Shown here piece after piece: positions 60,704 through 64,000 of a stretch of 64,000 nt of DNA (positions are counted from its first letter, which is position 1; each line of letters starts with the position of its first letter). The notes under the pieces were generated by a model that was not told the origin of the DNA, made no database searches, and saw only the letters and a list, made by a program, of their open reading frames with translations. A program made the position numbers and the translations under genes. The stretch is taken from the NCBI GenBank assembly GCA_905178155.1, contig CAJINV010000004.1, positions 1,116,881 through 1,180,880 on the forward strand, in the 5' to 3' direction. The DNA is from Amoebophrya sp. A120 (taxonomy: Eukaryota > Protista > Dinoflagellata).

Positions 60704-61861
60704 GCCGTGGTTCTTTTGCGAAGTTCTCCGATGGTTTTTATTTTGATATGCATGTCACATACTGTTGCTAAAGCGGTCCTAGTATCTTGATGTGATTATT
60801 TCTAGGCTTATTTCTAGAAGTACATGTACTTGTAGGCTGGACGAAAGCTTCTTCTAGAGAGATGTAGGCGCATGAAAATTATTTGGCATCCGCTTTATTC
60901 TCGGATAAAAGTAAAAGATGATGGATCACAACGAAAAAGGAAAACCAAAACAAACCGCTGGGAAATGAAAAATGGATAGTGAAAAGAGCATAAAAAGCGA
61001 ACAGCGGGAGCTTGAAAAGCAAGGAAAAGGATCTAGATCTAGTTTTTACCTTCGAAGAAAATAGAGAACTAGGTAGTACTACAGCAGTCGCAAAAAACTG
61101 ATCACGAGCTCGTCTTTGTTCTTCGATTAAAAATATTGAAGTCATTCAAATCGGTCCTTCTTTCGATGATCCGCTGATGCTCTTGATGCTCTTGTCGTAC
61201 GGCAATAAACCATCTTAATAAACAAGCTGAAGAAACAAACGCAGGATCATCTGGTAAAGCCGCCCGCGTGCTCCCGATTCATTCGAAAGGGGGACAGCTA
61301 AAAATGAGATCGAATCGGCTGCAGGCAGCTGGTGCCAGCGTTCGCTGTCTGTGGCCCCTCGTGAAAAGTTGCTATTCCATATCTACAACTTCTAAATGCT
61401 ATGTATAGGAAACAAATTTCCCTTGTTTCCGTGGCATGGCGTTCTGGAGGTCAACATGCCTTGTTCACTTCTTTTCGTACTACGGCACGTAGATGATTTA
61501 TTTTCATTGCTGATACTATTAGCACTCCTCGTCGACAAGAAGCACTATGAGAAGCACAAGGAGGACGACAGCGCGTATAAGTACGAGAAGAAATTCAAGA
61601 ATTCATGAACGTCGACCGGTGCATTGTTTCTGTTCTATGCTCCATTTGTACTTTAGTAAAGTCATTTATCTCCTTGTGGAGACCATTGATTGTCAAGAAC
61701 AGAAAAGAAAGCCAAAGCGGGCAGAGCATGTATCATGTGTTCGAATACAAAAAGGCACACGATTTCTGTTGTAGTGAACACTGAACAGACATCAGTACAT
61801 TGATTCATTCATCTCGGCGGCACAATACAACTACTTTCTCGTGCTACTTGTTCTTCTCTGT

Positions 61862-63474
61862 TCATCCACACTTCGTCACGATGCCGCTGGCCACTGTGAT
61901 CCCCCCCTCGCGCAACGCAAATCGCAGGCCCTCTTCCAGCGCAAACGGCTTTTCCAGGTCGCAACGCACCTTCACCCGGTCCCCCGGCATGGCCATCTCG
62001 ACGTTGTCGGGTAGATGCACATCGACCGTACAAGTGCCCTATCAAATGTGAAAGTGTCTGGGTCTGGAAGATTAGAACTTGTCATGCTAAATCTGAATGA
62101 TGCAAAAATCTGTGTTGCGTGAGTACCAAAAGCTGTCCGCTTTTGACCAAGTTGCGGGGGAGTTTCTCATGCAGGAAAGGCATGATAGAGACCTCAAAGA
62201 ATCTGTCATGCTGTGTCTCGCATTCCAGACCTCATGGGTCATGGAAAACCTGCATCACAAATCTCATTCTTCCAGACCCAGACATTTTTGCATTTGATAT
62301 GCCCGTGCGAATGAACGCCTGCGGACGGTACCGGCTGAAGAACGGCTTTTTCCTTCCACCCTCGTCCGTCTTTAGCACGTAAAGATCCGCATCGAACTTG
62401 CTGAAGGTCTTGCAGTGCCCCGGTTTCGCGATCACCTATCAAATGCAGAAATGTCTGGGTCTGGAAGATCCTGAGACTTGTCATGCACGGCTCGCATGAG
62501 CCATGATGTCTGTGGCGCATGCCCTAGTATCACAGGTTTTCTGAAGGATTCTTGATGCCTATTCTGCATGAGAAATGCCCTCCCCGCGTAGCAAAAACTA
62601 GAATCCTTCTGCTGCTCATGCAACACAAATTTTTTAGACATCCAAATGCAGCATCACAAGTTGCATTCTTCCAGACCCAGACATTTTTACAGTTGATATC
62701 ACCTGCCCACGGGCAATTTCGTCCTTCTTCACGCCCTTCAACATGATACCTGACACGGAGGATACATGTTGATCATCGATTGTGGGAGGAACTTTAATAT
62801 TGTGTGAATCGCCCTTCTACTTGTGTAGTTGCGTCTTGCATGATAAAGTAGTAGAAAAGTCAGGATCGTTGTACTTCCCAGAAATTCACTGTTGTACTAG
62901 GGCCGCGGCCTTCTAACACAATTATTATGACCTGCAAAAGTATCGTAGTCGTATGAATGCATTACAAATTTCATCAGCATGAGAAATACAATTTGTAATG
63001 CGGATTTAGCTTACGAAAAAGATTTGTAATGCATGACTGCATTATACCGCACTGATCCCCGGCCATTCCGGAGTCGAGTGTTTTGTGAAACATCTCCAGC
63101 CCCGTGACTTCCACACTCCGCGGCTTGCTATGAGCGTGCACACCTCCCCCTCATTTGAGGTGCACGACGAGCGGCAATACAAGCGTCGGCTGTCGGCAAT
63201 TATGCAGGTTTTGCATGACAAACTTACCCGGGGTTGTGGTGCCGTCTGAGCTGCCAGAACTTGTCATGCATAATAGTGACAGGAGGGCGAGGGAATAAAG
63301 TGAGGAGTTGGTGTTTTGCATGAGAAATGAAAATATTGAGGGGGAGTTGTGCACTCTGATACTTGCCCGATGAGCCCGTCAACTCTAGCTTCTCCCCTAC
63401 CTTTACCTGCCCGGTTTCGATTTTTCCCGTCGCTACCGTGCCTTTAGTCGGGATCCGGAGAACTGACTCGACGC
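61862..63474 (-). CDS. TUFM: Elongation factor Tu, nucleus-encoded organellar (probably mitochondrial) type; domains 2-3 only, 5' part outside the window
   Basis: [17 protein letters not shown]; [31 protein letters not shown]; [21 protein letters not shown]; MAMPGD; [19 protein letters not shown]. Confidence 0.93.
62040..62299. mobile_element. Introner, family A
   Basis: Family-A TIR; TSD tgccc. Confidence 0.92.
62437..62698. mobile_element. Introner, family A
   Basis: Family-A TIR; TSD tcacc. Confidence 0.92.
62926..63047. mobile_element. One-ended family-F remnant forming the 5' end of a GT-AG intron (62750-63047)
   Basis: Matches the 55974-56118 body but lacks ~25 bp of one TIR. Confidence 0.75.
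63129..63361. mobile_element. Introner, family D
   Basis: Family-D TIR; TSD cttgc. Confidence 0.9.
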
Positions 63475-64000
63475 CTGTTGTAGTGTTATTTCTACTTGTC
63501 AAACAAGTGTTGACAATTGGTGTAAGAACTTGTTGCGGGTAAAGATTCACATACAATTGGTGTAAAGATTCACATACAATACTTTATTAACACGGTGCAT
63601 TTGTCTGCGTGTATCTTTTTTTATTATTATTATTATCGAAGCCACAGGTGATGCCGACCACTGTGCACAAACATCGCACGTACAAGGGGACGGATGGGTC
63701 TCAGTGCATTGTATGTGGGATCTGTCTCGCCAGGATCTCCCGCACCCGGAGTAGGTGCACTTTCGGTCCCTCTCTCCTACCCTTCCGAGTGCCCTCACGG
63801 CTCGGAGGCGCGTCGGACGTAGTGCCTCACGAACACCAACACCTCCCCACGACTGCCGTTGATTTTCGTCCGATTTGGTATTGCACTGCGTAGCTACAGC
63901 AAGCATTTGCATGTCTGGGGGCGCTCAACTCGTGGGCGGTTGTGCGCCGCCAATGTGTTGCTGTGTGGCCGTTTCAGTGGTGCCACAGGGCTCGCCTGTC

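Noticed and set aside
10134-62698. Recurrent peptides MSGSG / QICLGLE / FQTQTFL / PDPDIFA in many ORFs, suggesting a repeat protein family
   Set aside because: They are translations of the family-A TIR, not protein domains

Overview
Eukaryotic genomic DNA, most consistent with the parasitic dinoflagellate lineage Amoebophrya (Syndiniales); this is an inference from gene architecture, not a database hit. Every recognisable gene lies on the minus strand: a small secreted protein, a Ras-like GTPase, a coiled-coil (possibly mitoribosomal) protein, prefoldin 5, RPB9, aprataxin, two Cys-rich 'AWQG' paralogues, a class-3 lipase, two poly(A) polymerase paralogues, a multi-pass membrane protein and the 3' half of mitochondrial EF-Tu. 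Coding exons are interrupted by about 45 hand-mapped non-canonical intron-forming elements (introners) from about 13 sequence families. Nearly all have TAT...ATA termini within terminal inverted repeats (TIRs) and a 5-bp target-site duplication (TSD). Removing the element plus one TSD copy restores the reading frame wherever I checked. Unexplained features include a 3.2-kb array (34277-37511) of GC-rich segments with LINE-endonuclease fragments separated by a ~40-50-bp repeat, an adjacent circularly permuted lipase, and several direct-repeat-flanked inserts. Coordinates were counted by hand and may be off by a few bases; family labels A-M are mine.
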